NCBI GenBank assembly: GCA_003543115.1
Contig: DPJH01000006.1
Location: 1-42,787 of the forward strand
Source of the DNA: Candidatus Moraniibacteriota bacterium
GTDB lineage: Bacteria > Patescibacteriota > Minisyncoccia > Moranbacterales > UBA2206
Direction: 5' to 3'
Length of the DNA stretch: 42,787 nucleotides
The position numbers and the translations under genes are program-made. How positions within the stretch are numbered: position 1 is the stretch's first letter; each line of letters begins with the position of its first letter. Of the stretch, positions 35,442 to 42,787 are shown piece after piece. The notes under the pieces are model-generated. The model did not search any database. It was not told where the DNA came from and saw nothing but the letters and a program-made list of their open reading frames with translations.

Positions 35442-35612
35442 CTATTTCTTTTTTTTCTTAGCTACAACTTTTTTCTTTGGAGCTGCTTTTTTTACAGCTT
35501 TTTTCACAACTTTCTTAGCTGCAACTTTTTTCACAGCTTTTTTTGGAGCTGCTTTTTTCACAACTTTTTTCTTTGGAGCTGCTTTTTTTACAGCTTTCTT
35601 TTTTACTGCCAT
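35442..35612 (-). CDS. 56-aa histone H1-like Lys/Ala/Val/Pro repeat protein (not in the ORF track)
   Basis: Hand translation: MAVKKKAVKKAAPKKKVVKKAAPKKAVKKVAAKKVVKKAVKKAAPKKKVVAKKKKK*; SD-like AGAAAGGCAGGTGA upstream, promoter and terminator present. Confidence 0.9.
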   Translation of the reverse strand: MAVKKKAVKKAAPKKKVVKKAAPKKAVKKVAAKKVVKKAVKKAAPKKKVVAKKKKK

Positions 35613-35642
35613 TTTGTTTCACCTGCCTTTCTATTTTAATTT

Positions 35643-35672
35643 TCCGCCATAGGCGGATCAGCCTCGCGCTGA
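35643..35672. repeat. Tandem GC-rich mini-hairpins in the histone-like gene leader
   Basis: TCCGCC-ATA-GGCGGA then TCAGC-CTCGC-GCTGA in an otherwise very AT-rich tract. Confidence 0.65.
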
Positions 35673-35756
35673 TATTTTAATTTATTTTTATTTCGACCTT
35701 TTGTATTTCAACAAATTTATTTTTTTTATTTTTGAAAAATAAATTTGCATATCTAA

Positions 35757-35803
35757 ATTATAGAGTATATAAAAAAATTTGCAATAGAAAAAAGTTATCC
35801 ACA
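35757..35803 (-). promoter_or_regulatory. Promoter of the histone-like gene with an adjacent perfect DnaA box
   Basis: Minus strand TTGCAA-16 nt-TATAAT (35784-35757); TTATCCACA at 35795-35803. Confidence 0.55.
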
Positions 35804-36165
35804 GTCTCAAAAAAAAATTATTTTTCATATTTTTTTTCCGATAAAAATATTCTTTATTTTTATTCGATATTTATTGATTAAAAAGAGGATCCATTTTTTA
35901 TTTTCGTTTTAAAAAAATTTTTAATTTTTTTACTTGGCTAGAAAATAATTTTTTAATTTTATTTTTTATTTTTTTCGTTAACTTCTTCTATTGATATAAT
36001 ACATTCATGGAATAAATTCTCATTCAAAAAAAATTCCTGAATCGTCCATTTATTTTTTTAAAAAACTTCAACATTAAAAAAATATTTTCAAAATTTTGAA
36101 ATTTATCTGTTAAGTAAATGATTGGAATGCCCATTATTACACATAAAATAAGGCTTTTTGTCTAG

Positions 36166-36193
36166 TTGACGCAACTTCCAGCTTTGGTAGAAT
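36166..36193 (+). promoter_or_regulatory. Putative promoter of 36328..36918
   Basis: TTGACG-16 nt-TAGAAT with an extended TG. Confidence 0.6.
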
Positions 36194-36327
36194 TTATAAA
36201 TAGAAACAATTTTGGTCGAATTGCCCTAAAAACATGTCTTTTCCTCTAAGAAAATGCTTGATTTTAGGCCCATAGCTTCAACGAAAGCCCCTTAACAAAT
36301 TAAAAATAGAAAGGCAGGTGAAAATAC

Positions 36328-36918
36328 ATGGAAGATGATATTAACATTGACGAAGAAATCAATCGCGGAAGCGCAAAACAATGGCTGCAAGACAATCTAC
36401 GCGTTATCATCAGCATTTTAATCGTAGTTGCTATCGCTGGTGGAATTTATTCCTATTCAAAAAGAAGTGAAGACTCAATGGTAACTAAAGAAGAAAATAC
36501 CGCTGAAGAAAGCACTGCGCCAGAAGAAAATCTATCGATTACTACAGACAAAATCGATGAAGCCACAGATACTAAAAAAGAAGATGTAAAAGAAACTCCA
36601 AAGGCAATCAGCCAAGAAACAGGAAGTTCTTTTATTGAAACTGCTGGAGCTGGCGATGGAAAAACCGTGCTTTCTCGTAGAGCATTGGCAAACTTCCTTG
36701 AAAAAAACCAAGACTCATCTCTATCAGCTGAACACAAAATTTACATTGAAGATTATCTAAGAAAGAAGGTTTCTTATTCAGGAGGCATTAGAATCGGAAC
36801 CTCATTGGAATTCTCCAAAGAATTAATACAAGAGGCGATTGCCAGATCTAAGAATTTGAATGAAAAACAGCTTAAAAACCTTCAAAAGTATGCAGTTAGA
36901 GTTCCGTCACTATCATAG
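36328..36918 (+). CDS. Single-TM exported protein with an acidic linker; function unknown
   Basis: TM segment VIISILIVVAIAGGIYSY, E/T-rich linker, globular C-terminus; SD-like AGAAAGGCAGGTGA. Confidence 0.85.
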   Translation: MEDDINIDEEINRGSAKQWLQDNLRVIISILIVVAIAGGIYSYSKRSEDSMVTKEENTAEESTAPEENLSITTDKIDEATDTKKEDVKETPKAISQETGSSFIETAGAGDGKTVLSRRALANFLEKNQDSSLSAEHKIYIEDYLRKKVSYSGGIRIGTSLEFSKELIQEAIARSKNLNEKQLKNLQKYAVRVPSLS

Positions 36919-37012
36919 TTTTTCTTGCTAGAAGATAAATCAAGAAAAAATTCTACTGTTCTTTAGCGGCTTTTAGTCGCCACATAGTTAAGTATATTAC
37001 TACTTTCTAATA

Positions 37013-37048
37013 GCAAAACCCTCTCCCGTAAAAAGGAGAGGGTTTTGC
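37013..37048. terminator. Terminator hairpin between convergent genes
   Basis: GCAAAACCCTCTCC-CGTAAAAA-GGAGAGGGTTTTGC. Confidence 0.85.
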
Positions 37049-37072
37049 ATTATTTAATAATATTTTATTTTT

Positions 37073-38092
37073 CTAAGAAGCTTTTTTAACAATTTTTTTA
37101 TTTATAAAAAAGATCGCAACGACCATAATAATAACAGCTGCCAACAGCGTTATGCTTTTCCCTACCACTCTCGTGTTAAGGGCAATTATGGCAATCATTA
37201 TTGTTACCGCATAATAATGTAGAGCAATCTTTCTTTGAGACCAGCCAAGCTGCATTAATTTATGATGAAGGTGGTTTTCATCAGCTTTAAATATGGATTT
37301 TTTATTTTTTATTCTTTCCCCTATCACCCAAAGAAAATCAATGATAGGAATCGCCAGAACCAAAATGGCTGTAGCAATTTTGGTACCTGCAAAAATAGCT
37401 AAAGCTGCCAAAGAAAAACCCATAAACATTGAACCGGAAGTGCCTGCAATTACCATAGAAGGATTAAAATTGAATACTAAAAATCCTAAAATAGTTCCGG
37501 ATATTATGAGAGCGATTATTGCCACTGGAGGCTGATTGACATGGGGAGTAAGGCTCAAAAACACCATTGTCATAGCACAAATAAAAGAAACTCCCCCGGA
37601 AAGGCCATCAATTCCATCCAGCCAATTCATAGAATTAATTATTACCACTATCCAGAGGATAACTAGCAAAATAGAAAAGATCACTCCCAAACTGCTATCA
37701 AATTCGATTGTTCCTCCCAATGGATTGGTAATGGCATAGATCCTTAATCCAAAAATATATACCAGTGTTGCAATAGCAACTTGATAAAAAAATTGGGTTT
37801 TCCAGAAGACCTCATTAACATCGTCCCAAACACCCACTATCAGAACAAATATTGAAGCAAGCATCACCCCTCCAAGAACAGGGGTAATAACCAAATAATC
37901 ATTAAAAAGAATAGCTAAATTAAAAGCGATTATCATCGCTACTCCTCCCACTCTAAAAATATTTTTTTTGCTTATATGACGGGAAGAAGCTCTTCCTTTC
38001 CATTTAACTTTGTCAGCAAAAAATTTCAATATGAATATGAAAGACACTGTCAGCAAAAAAGCGGTTACAAAAGAAATCAGATATTTAGCCAT
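37073..38092 (-). CDS. MraY/WecA(TagO)-family polyprenyl-phosphate sugar-phosphate transferase
   Basis: Many TM helices; RVGGVA, GVWDD, NSMNWLDGIDGL, FNFNP, ADENHLHH. Confidence 0.9.
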   Translation of the reverse strand: MAKYLISFVTAFLLTVSFIFILKFFADKVKWKGRASSRHISKKNIFRVGGVAMIIAFNLAILFNDYLVITPVLGGVMLASIFVLIVGVWDDVNEVFWKTQFFYQVAIATLVYIFGLRIYAITNPLGGTIEFDSSLGVIFSILLVILWIVVIINSMNWLDGIDGLSGGVSFICAMTMVFLSLTPHVNQPPVAIIALIISGTILGFLVFNFNPSMVIAGTSGSMFMGFSLAALAIFAGTKIATAILVLAIPIIDFLWVIGERIKNKKSIFKADENHLHHKLMQLGWSQRKIALHYYAVTIMIAIIALNTRVVGKSITLLAAVIIMVVAIFFINKKIVKKAS

Positions 38093-38159
38093 ATTTTTAA
38101 TTTATTATGAAAAATTCCTATAATCTATTTGTGCAAAATCAGAAGCATCCATTCAAGCA

Positions 38160-38579
38160 TCAGTAATTGATAAGGATAATGCTGGTTGATGCTACCGCTA
38201 AGCTCAATTGGATCATTAGTGTCGCTATAAGCAAGATATAACTCGCAATTCTCTCTTTTTGCTGATAAAAATATAACGACAAAACAAAATTAATAAAAAA
38301 TAAAATTAGCCCGATTATTGGCAATATATATACCTCTCGATAATCTCCGATCGAATCTACTCCAAAATAAACATTATAATGTAAAATAATAGAGAAATCA
38401 ACAGGCTTGACCCAAATATTAAGAGACAGCCAATTGGCTGTGTTTATTATAAAACTCAGGATCAGAAGCCAAATTATTATATGGCTTCTGAAATATTCTT
38501 GCCCAAAAAAAGATTTTAATGCTGATTGCAGCTTATTAATCCCCAAATGTATGGCATTTTTCAGTTTGTCTTTCTTCAT
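38160..38579 (-). CDS. Small three-TM membrane protein
   Basis: IILHYNVYFGVD between hydrophobic helices; start moved to ATG 38579. Confidence 0.75.
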   Translation of the reverse strand: MKKDKLKNAIHLGINKLQSALKSFFGQEYFRSHIIIWLLILSFIINTANWLSLNIWVKPVDFSIILHYNVYFGVDSIGDYREVYILPIIGLILFFINFVLSLYFYQQKERIASYILLIATLMIQLSLAVASTSIILINY

Positions 38580-38595
38580 ATCTAGTTCTCTAGTC

Positions 38596-39681
38596 CTAAT
38601 CAATGTTTGGCTTATCAAGCATTATTGGATCAATAATTTTTTCCGTCTGAGCAATTCGGGAAATATCCTTATCAATTTTTCCCAACTCTTTGTAGGCCAC
38701 ATTAAAATGATTGACTGTTGTGCCTAAGCTATTGTGCACTTTCTTCATATATTCCTCGAAAGCTAAAATATGTTTTCCTAACTTTTCCACATTTATCCGA
38801 ATATCCTTGGCGCTTTCTTCAATCTGAAAAGCCCTCAAACCTTGCAAAACTGTCTGCAGATAAGCAAGAAAAGAAGTGGGAGAAACAATAATCACCTTTC
38901 TATCCTGAAAAGCATATTCGATCAAATCTCTGGTATTTACCTTCACTGCGCCTACTTTATTTATAAGAAGATCATAATATATTGCCTCTGAAGGAATAAA
39001 CATGAAAGCGAAATCCATCGTTCCTTCTTCCGGTTTTATATATTTTGAAGCTTCATCAATCCTGTTTTTCAAATCTTGCTTGAAAATTTTCTCCAATTCT
39101 TCTTTCTCTTTTGTCGTTGAAGCGCTCAAAATTCTTTCGTAATTTTCCAAAGAGAATTTGGAATCAATCGGAACTATCTTGTCTTTTACAAAAACTACCG
39201 CATCAACAATTACTCCGTCGGAAAAAGAATGTTGCATCCTATAAGAATTGGGCGGCAAAACATTTTTTAGCGTTTCTTCCAAGAAATATTCCCCTAGAAT
39301 TCCGCGTTGCTTCGGATTTTTTAAAATGTCTTGAAGATTTTGAAGTTGTGCTGAAAAATTAATCACCTGTTTGTTGGTTTCATCCAGTTTGGTCAATTTC
39401 TCTGTCACGTCAGAAATGAGTTTGTGCGACTGCCCGCTTATTCCTTGAACAGTCTGAATAGTCTGATTAATTTGAGATTGGGTAGTACGATGGGTTTCTG
39501 CCAGCCTCCTATCCATCATGTTTCTCAATTCATTATTCTGTTCTGACAGCATTCTTAATCGTTCAGCTATGGCGACAATGTCATTATTTTTATTTTTCTG
39601 CGTATCCCGCAAAAAAAAGTTAAACCACAATAAAAAACCTATTATAACTAAACTGGAGACTGTAATAAAAAAATAAATCAT
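38596..39681 (-). CDS. rmuC: DNA recombination protein RmuC
   Basis: N-terminal TM and coiled coil; NPKQRGILGE, VPIDSKFSLENY, SKYI, DFAFMFIPSE, IVSPTSF. Confidence 0.95.
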   Translation of the reverse strand: MIYFFITVSSLVIIGFLLWFNFFLRDTQKNKNNDIVAIAERLRMLSEQNNELRNMMDRRLAETHRTTQSQINQTIQTVQGISGQSHKLISDVTEKLTKLDETNKQVINFSAQLQNLQDILKNPKQRGILGEYFLEETLKNVLPPNSYRMQHSFSDGVIVDAVVFVKDKIVPIDSKFSLENYERILSASTTKEKEELEKIFKQDLKNRIDEASKYIKPEEGTMDFAFMFIPSEAIYYDLLINKVGAVKVNTRDLIEYAFQDRKVIIVSPTSFLAYLQTVLQGLRAFQIEESAKDIRINVEKLGKHILAFEEYMKKVHNSLGTTVNHFNVAYKELGKIDKDISRIAQTEKIIDPIMLDKPNID

Positions 39682-39693
39682 TTCTTTGGCTTG

Positions 39694-39752
39694 CCTGCCT
39701 GCCGGCGAGGCAGGTGGTTTTTAATTTATCTGCCTGTCTGCCGATAGGCAGA
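39694..39752 (-). repeat. Two more copies of the GC-rich palindromic mini-element upstream of rmuC
   Basis: Minus strand TCTGCCTATCGGCAGACAGG (39752-39733) and CCTGCCTCGCCGGCAGGCAGG (39714-39694), each preceded by AAACCA. Confidence 0.85.
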
Positions 39753-39794
39753 TGGTTTGTGGTCAAAAAATCCTCCTGACCACAAAACGAACCA

Positions 39795-40391
39795 TTATCT
39801 TCTCTTGGCAATAAAATGCTTAAGTCCGGGTATCTTATTGATTAATTCTTCATGAGGGCCTTCCAAAAATTCTAAAATAAATTTATCTAACATATTTAGT
39901 CGGTATTTAAATTCTTCTCCGCTCATAAGCACAAAATCTATTTCTTTTCCAATTTCAGCTTCCAAATTAGCCATTAAGTTTTTCAATTTTGCTCTTTTTA
40001 TGTCGTCACCCACGATAATCATGTCAGCCTTGCTTTTTTGATAATTTATAAAAACTCCGCTGATAGCAGCCAATTTGATATTCCCAATTTTTCCCACATT
40101 AGCAATGCTTTTGCATTGCGGATAAACATTAGATTTAGAAATAAGATTCTTAAGTTCGGGATAAAAACTGAAATCCTGGTTTAGAATATAAAAAGTCCTT
40201 CCTTTTTTAGAACGGCTGGAAATAAATTTTATCTTTCTTAAATTCTCCACCTCTCTCTTTACATTTCCTCTGAGCATATTTCTGCGCGTTATGTCCTCAT
40301 ACGTATATTCATGCTCTGGATTCTGCAAGAAGAACCTCAACAGGCGAGCTCTTTCTTTTGATCCGAAAAGACTTTCTAAAACTTCTGACAT
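39795..40391 (-). CDS. Winged-helix domain plus degenerate nucleotidyltransferase-like domain
   Basis: LESLFGSKERARLLRFF...VKREVENLRKI (HTH-like); SGVF...KADMIIVGD (NTase-like); start moved to ATG 40391. Confidence 0.65.
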   Translation of the reverse strand: MSEVLESLFGSKERARLLRFFLQNPEHEYTYEDITRRNMLRGNVKREVENLRKIKFISSRSKKGRTFYILNQDFSFYPELKNLISKSNVYPQCKSIANVGKIGNIKLAAISGVFINYQKSKADMIIVGDDIKRAKLKNLMANLEAEIGKEIDFVLMSGEEFKYRLNMLDKFILEFLEGPHEELINKIPGLKHFIAKRR

Positions 40392-40565
40392 GGAATTATT
40401 TTTAAATTGTTTATATTGATAACTGTTGGCTATATACAATAGTATAATGCCTGCAGCTTAAAAAGTAAACTAGAAATACGCTAAAAATAGGTATTTATCC
40501 CCTTATTATAAAAAATACCCCCTAGAAGCATTTTATGCTATAATTAGGACAAAATTAAGGAATTT

Positions 40566-42773
40566 ATGACCAGAAAGAAATTAAACAATAAATTTATTGA
40601 AATCAAGCCAGATTTTGAGAGTATTTTGGTTTGTGGAAATCGAGAATCTTGCCCCTTTATCCAAGTCCTAATTCAAGAACCAGAAAATATCGACAGCCAG
40701 AATCTGGGAACTCTTATTGGGGTTTTTGAAGTAATTGATGAGTCCGAGGATTCTTCCTATATAGTCAATTATCTTGTTTCTATCATAAAAAAGGAATATT
40801 TTTCCAAACCCAAGAGAGGCCCTATCGAAAGCCTTGAAGCGTCGCTGCATAAAGCCAATCTAGCCCTTTCCAATCTAGCCGAACATGGGAACATCAGCTG
40901 GTTAGGAAAACTAAATGCTCTCATAGCTGTAACAGAAAAAAATGGCCTTCATCTTTCTCAAGCAGGAAATGCCTCTGCTTTTCTTTTGCGTTCAAAAATA
41001 TTAACCGACATAAGCGAGGGTCTTTCTCCGGGCGACAGCGAGCCTAACCCCTTAAAGACATTTGTCAATGTTTCCAGCGGAAGAATGGAAAAAAATGACA
41101 AGCTTATTGTCACCACCTCCCGTATATTCGATATATTTTCTCTGGAAGAAATAAAGAAAAGCGCTTTGCGTTTCTCAAAAAAAGAATTTGTTCAATTTCT
41201 GCGAACCGCGCTTGGAAACGAGCTTGATAGGGTGGCAGTATTAATTACTGATTTTGATGATAAGGAAATTCCCATTAAAAAAAATCCGATAAAAAAATCT
41301 TCGAAGCAATCCTTGAATGCTTTTAGCAGCGAAGCCTTCAAAGAAAAATCAGCAAACAAGGATCCTGATCCTCAAATTGAAGATGCCAACCTGAACGATG
41401 AAATTAAGCGGGCTCACTCTGAATTTATAGATGAAAAAACGGGACACATATATATCAAAGAAGATTTATACGCAGACACAAAATACGAAAACGAACATGC
41501 TGTTTCATATCAAGAGAAAGTCATAGATTTCTTGAAAAATGCGGCTTCTTCCCTAACTAAAAATTTATCCGCTCTCAAAAATATTCCTCCCCTCGCCATA
41601 AATAAAGGAAAGGATTGTCTTCAAAAATATATTGAAAAAAGGAAATCTTCCAATCCGGACACATCTCTTTCAAACAACATTTCATCCAAGCCAGATATTC
41701 AAAATAAGAAGAAGCTTACTTATGAGTCGATTCTTTCTGAAAGAAATAAGAGACTCTTCGCTTCTCTCATTAAAAAAACATCCGGACTCATCCGAACAGT
41801 ATCCTCAAGGATAACTCCAAGTTTTGAAAGGATGAAAAGAATTGTTTTAAAAATGGACTATCCTCAAAAACTCTATGGCCTCCTGGTTCTAATTCTAATC
41901 TTTATTGTGCCTATTTTTATAGCTAAATTTCTTAATGAAAAAGCGGAGCAAAAAAACATCCAACCTATTCCGGAAGTGGTTGATATTGCTACAATTCCTC
42001 TAGAAAAGGATATAAATGTGAAACACATTGAAAATATAGAAAATGTATTTTCGACTGACAATGACATACTTGATACCATCAGATTAAATGAGAGGATTTA
42101 TGCCATTACAAATAAAGAAATCGTCGATATAGAAAAAAATATAAAATTCTCTTTCCCCCAAGACTTTGATGTTCCAGCCTATGCAAGAGAAATGAACGAT
42201 TTAAATCTTATCTTTTTTATAAATAAAAATAAAAGGGTAATTTCTTTCAGCCCTACTTCAAAAGACTTTCAAGAAAATTCTATAAGTATTCCTGGAGACG
42301 CACAAATATCAGCAATGGGAACATACCTTACCTATCTCTATCTGGTAGACTCGAAAAACAATCAAATTTACCGCTATCCTCGCTCGGAAGGCGGTTTTGG
42401 GGAAAAAACAAACTGGCTCAAAGAAAGCTTTGATTTAAGCAATATTGTTGATTTTTCTATCAATGAAAGCGTATTCATTGCTAAAAATGATTCTATTTTA
42501 AGAATATTCAAAGGAAAAAGAGATTCTTTCCAAGTGGAAAACACTGCTACGCCGATCGAGATTTCAAAAATTTTCATCGATACAGAAAGCAGCAACACTC
42601 TGATATTAGACAAGGCAAATTCCCGAATAATCTATTTAAACAAGGAAGGTCAAATACTCAAACAATATTATAACCTCCAGATACAAAATTCCCATAGTAT
42701 AATACTGAATGAAAAAAATAACCTTATTTATATCTCTATTGAAAAAGGTTTAAAATCCATATCCTTAAACTAA
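40566..42773 (+). CDS. Membrane protein with a degenerate PP2C-like N-terminal domain and a C-terminal beta-propeller-like domain
   Basis: LHLSQAGNASAFLLR and SGRMEKNDKLIVTT recall PP2C strands; one TM (LYGLLVLILIFIVPIFIA); YLYLVDSKNNQIYRY and LILDKANSRIIYL resemble NHL-type blades. Confidence 0.6.
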   Translation: MTRKKLNNKFIEIKPDFESILVCGNRESCPFIQVLIQEPENIDSQNLGTLIGVFEVIDESEDSSYIVNYLVSIIKKEYFSKPKRGPIESLEASLHKANLALSNLAEHGNISWLGKLNALIAVTEKNGLHLSQAGNASAFLLRSKILTDISEGLSPGDSEPNPLKTFVNVSSGRMEKNDKLIVTTSRIFDIFSLEEIKKSALRFSKKEFVQFLRTALGNELDRVAVLITDFDDKEIPIKKNPIKKSSKQSLNAFSSEAFKEKSANKDPDPQIEDANLNDEIKRAHSEFIDEKTGHIYIKEDLYADTKYENEHAVSYQEKVIDFLKNAASSLTKNLSALKNIPPLAINKGKDCLQKYIEKRKSSNPDTSLSNNISSKPDIQNKKKLTYESILSERNKRLFASLIKKTSGLIRTVSSRITPSFERMKRIVLKMDYPQKLYGLLVLILIFIVPIFIAKFLNEKAEQKNIQPIPEVVDIATIPLEKDINVKHIENIENVFSTDNDILDTIRLNERIYAITNKEIVDIEKNIKFSFPQDFDVPAYAREMNDLNLIFFINKNKRVISFSPTSKDFQENSISIPGDAQISAMGTYLTYLYLVDSKNNQIYRYPRSEGGFGEKTNWLKESFDLSNIVDFSINESVFIAKNDSILRIFKGKRDSFQVENTATPIEISKIFIDTESSNTLILDKANSRIIYLNKEGQILKQYYNLQIQNSHSIILNEKNNLIYISIEKGLKSISLN

Positions 42774-42787
42774 TATTCATTAAGACA

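Noticed and set aside
35700-36160. Replication origin in the very AT-rich spacer
   Set aside because: Only one perfect DnaA box seen, no dnaA/dnaN nearby, and the dominant gene orientation does not switch
39620-39811. 63-aa ORF containing LPIGRQA and CLAGRQA
   Set aside because: It is a translation of the palindromic repeat copies and overlaps both neighbouring genes

Overview
AT-rich bacterial chromosomal segment read in the standard code (TGA = stop). Gene content and style (hinge-less Smc, rpmF-nusB-rnc, few Shine-Dalgarno sites, short palindromic and heptamer repeats) suggest a Patescibacteria/CPR (Parcubacteria-like) genome; this is inference. From left to right: [NiFe]-hydrogenase maturases hypE (partial), hypD and hypC with a VanZ gene between hypD and hypE; a tpiA-fba-hydC-hydB-hydA unit whose HydA has an eroded H-cluster pocket; galT; a GT2; rplL-rplJ with an L10 leader; rpsP; a short smc; a three-gene insertion between smc and rnc (small acidic protein, a nearly lysine-free repeat protein, and its lysine-rich paralogue fused to a DHH-like domain); rnc, nusB, rpmF, rnhB; a Phd-antitoxin/HsdR_N-like fusion with its own operator; radC; dnaE; a hydrolase-rich accessory block with two MazG-like paralogues; prmC carrying in-frame repeat insertions; an unannotated 56-aa histone H1-like gene; a WecA-like transferase; rmuC; and two proteins with degenerate catalytic domains. 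No rRNA, tRNA, CRISPR or transposase was seen. The best leads are the possible hybrid HydABC-like/[NiFe] hydrogenase locus, the Lys-free/Lys-rich paralogue pair, and a nested heptamer-plus-palindrome repeat system that enters coding sequences in frame.
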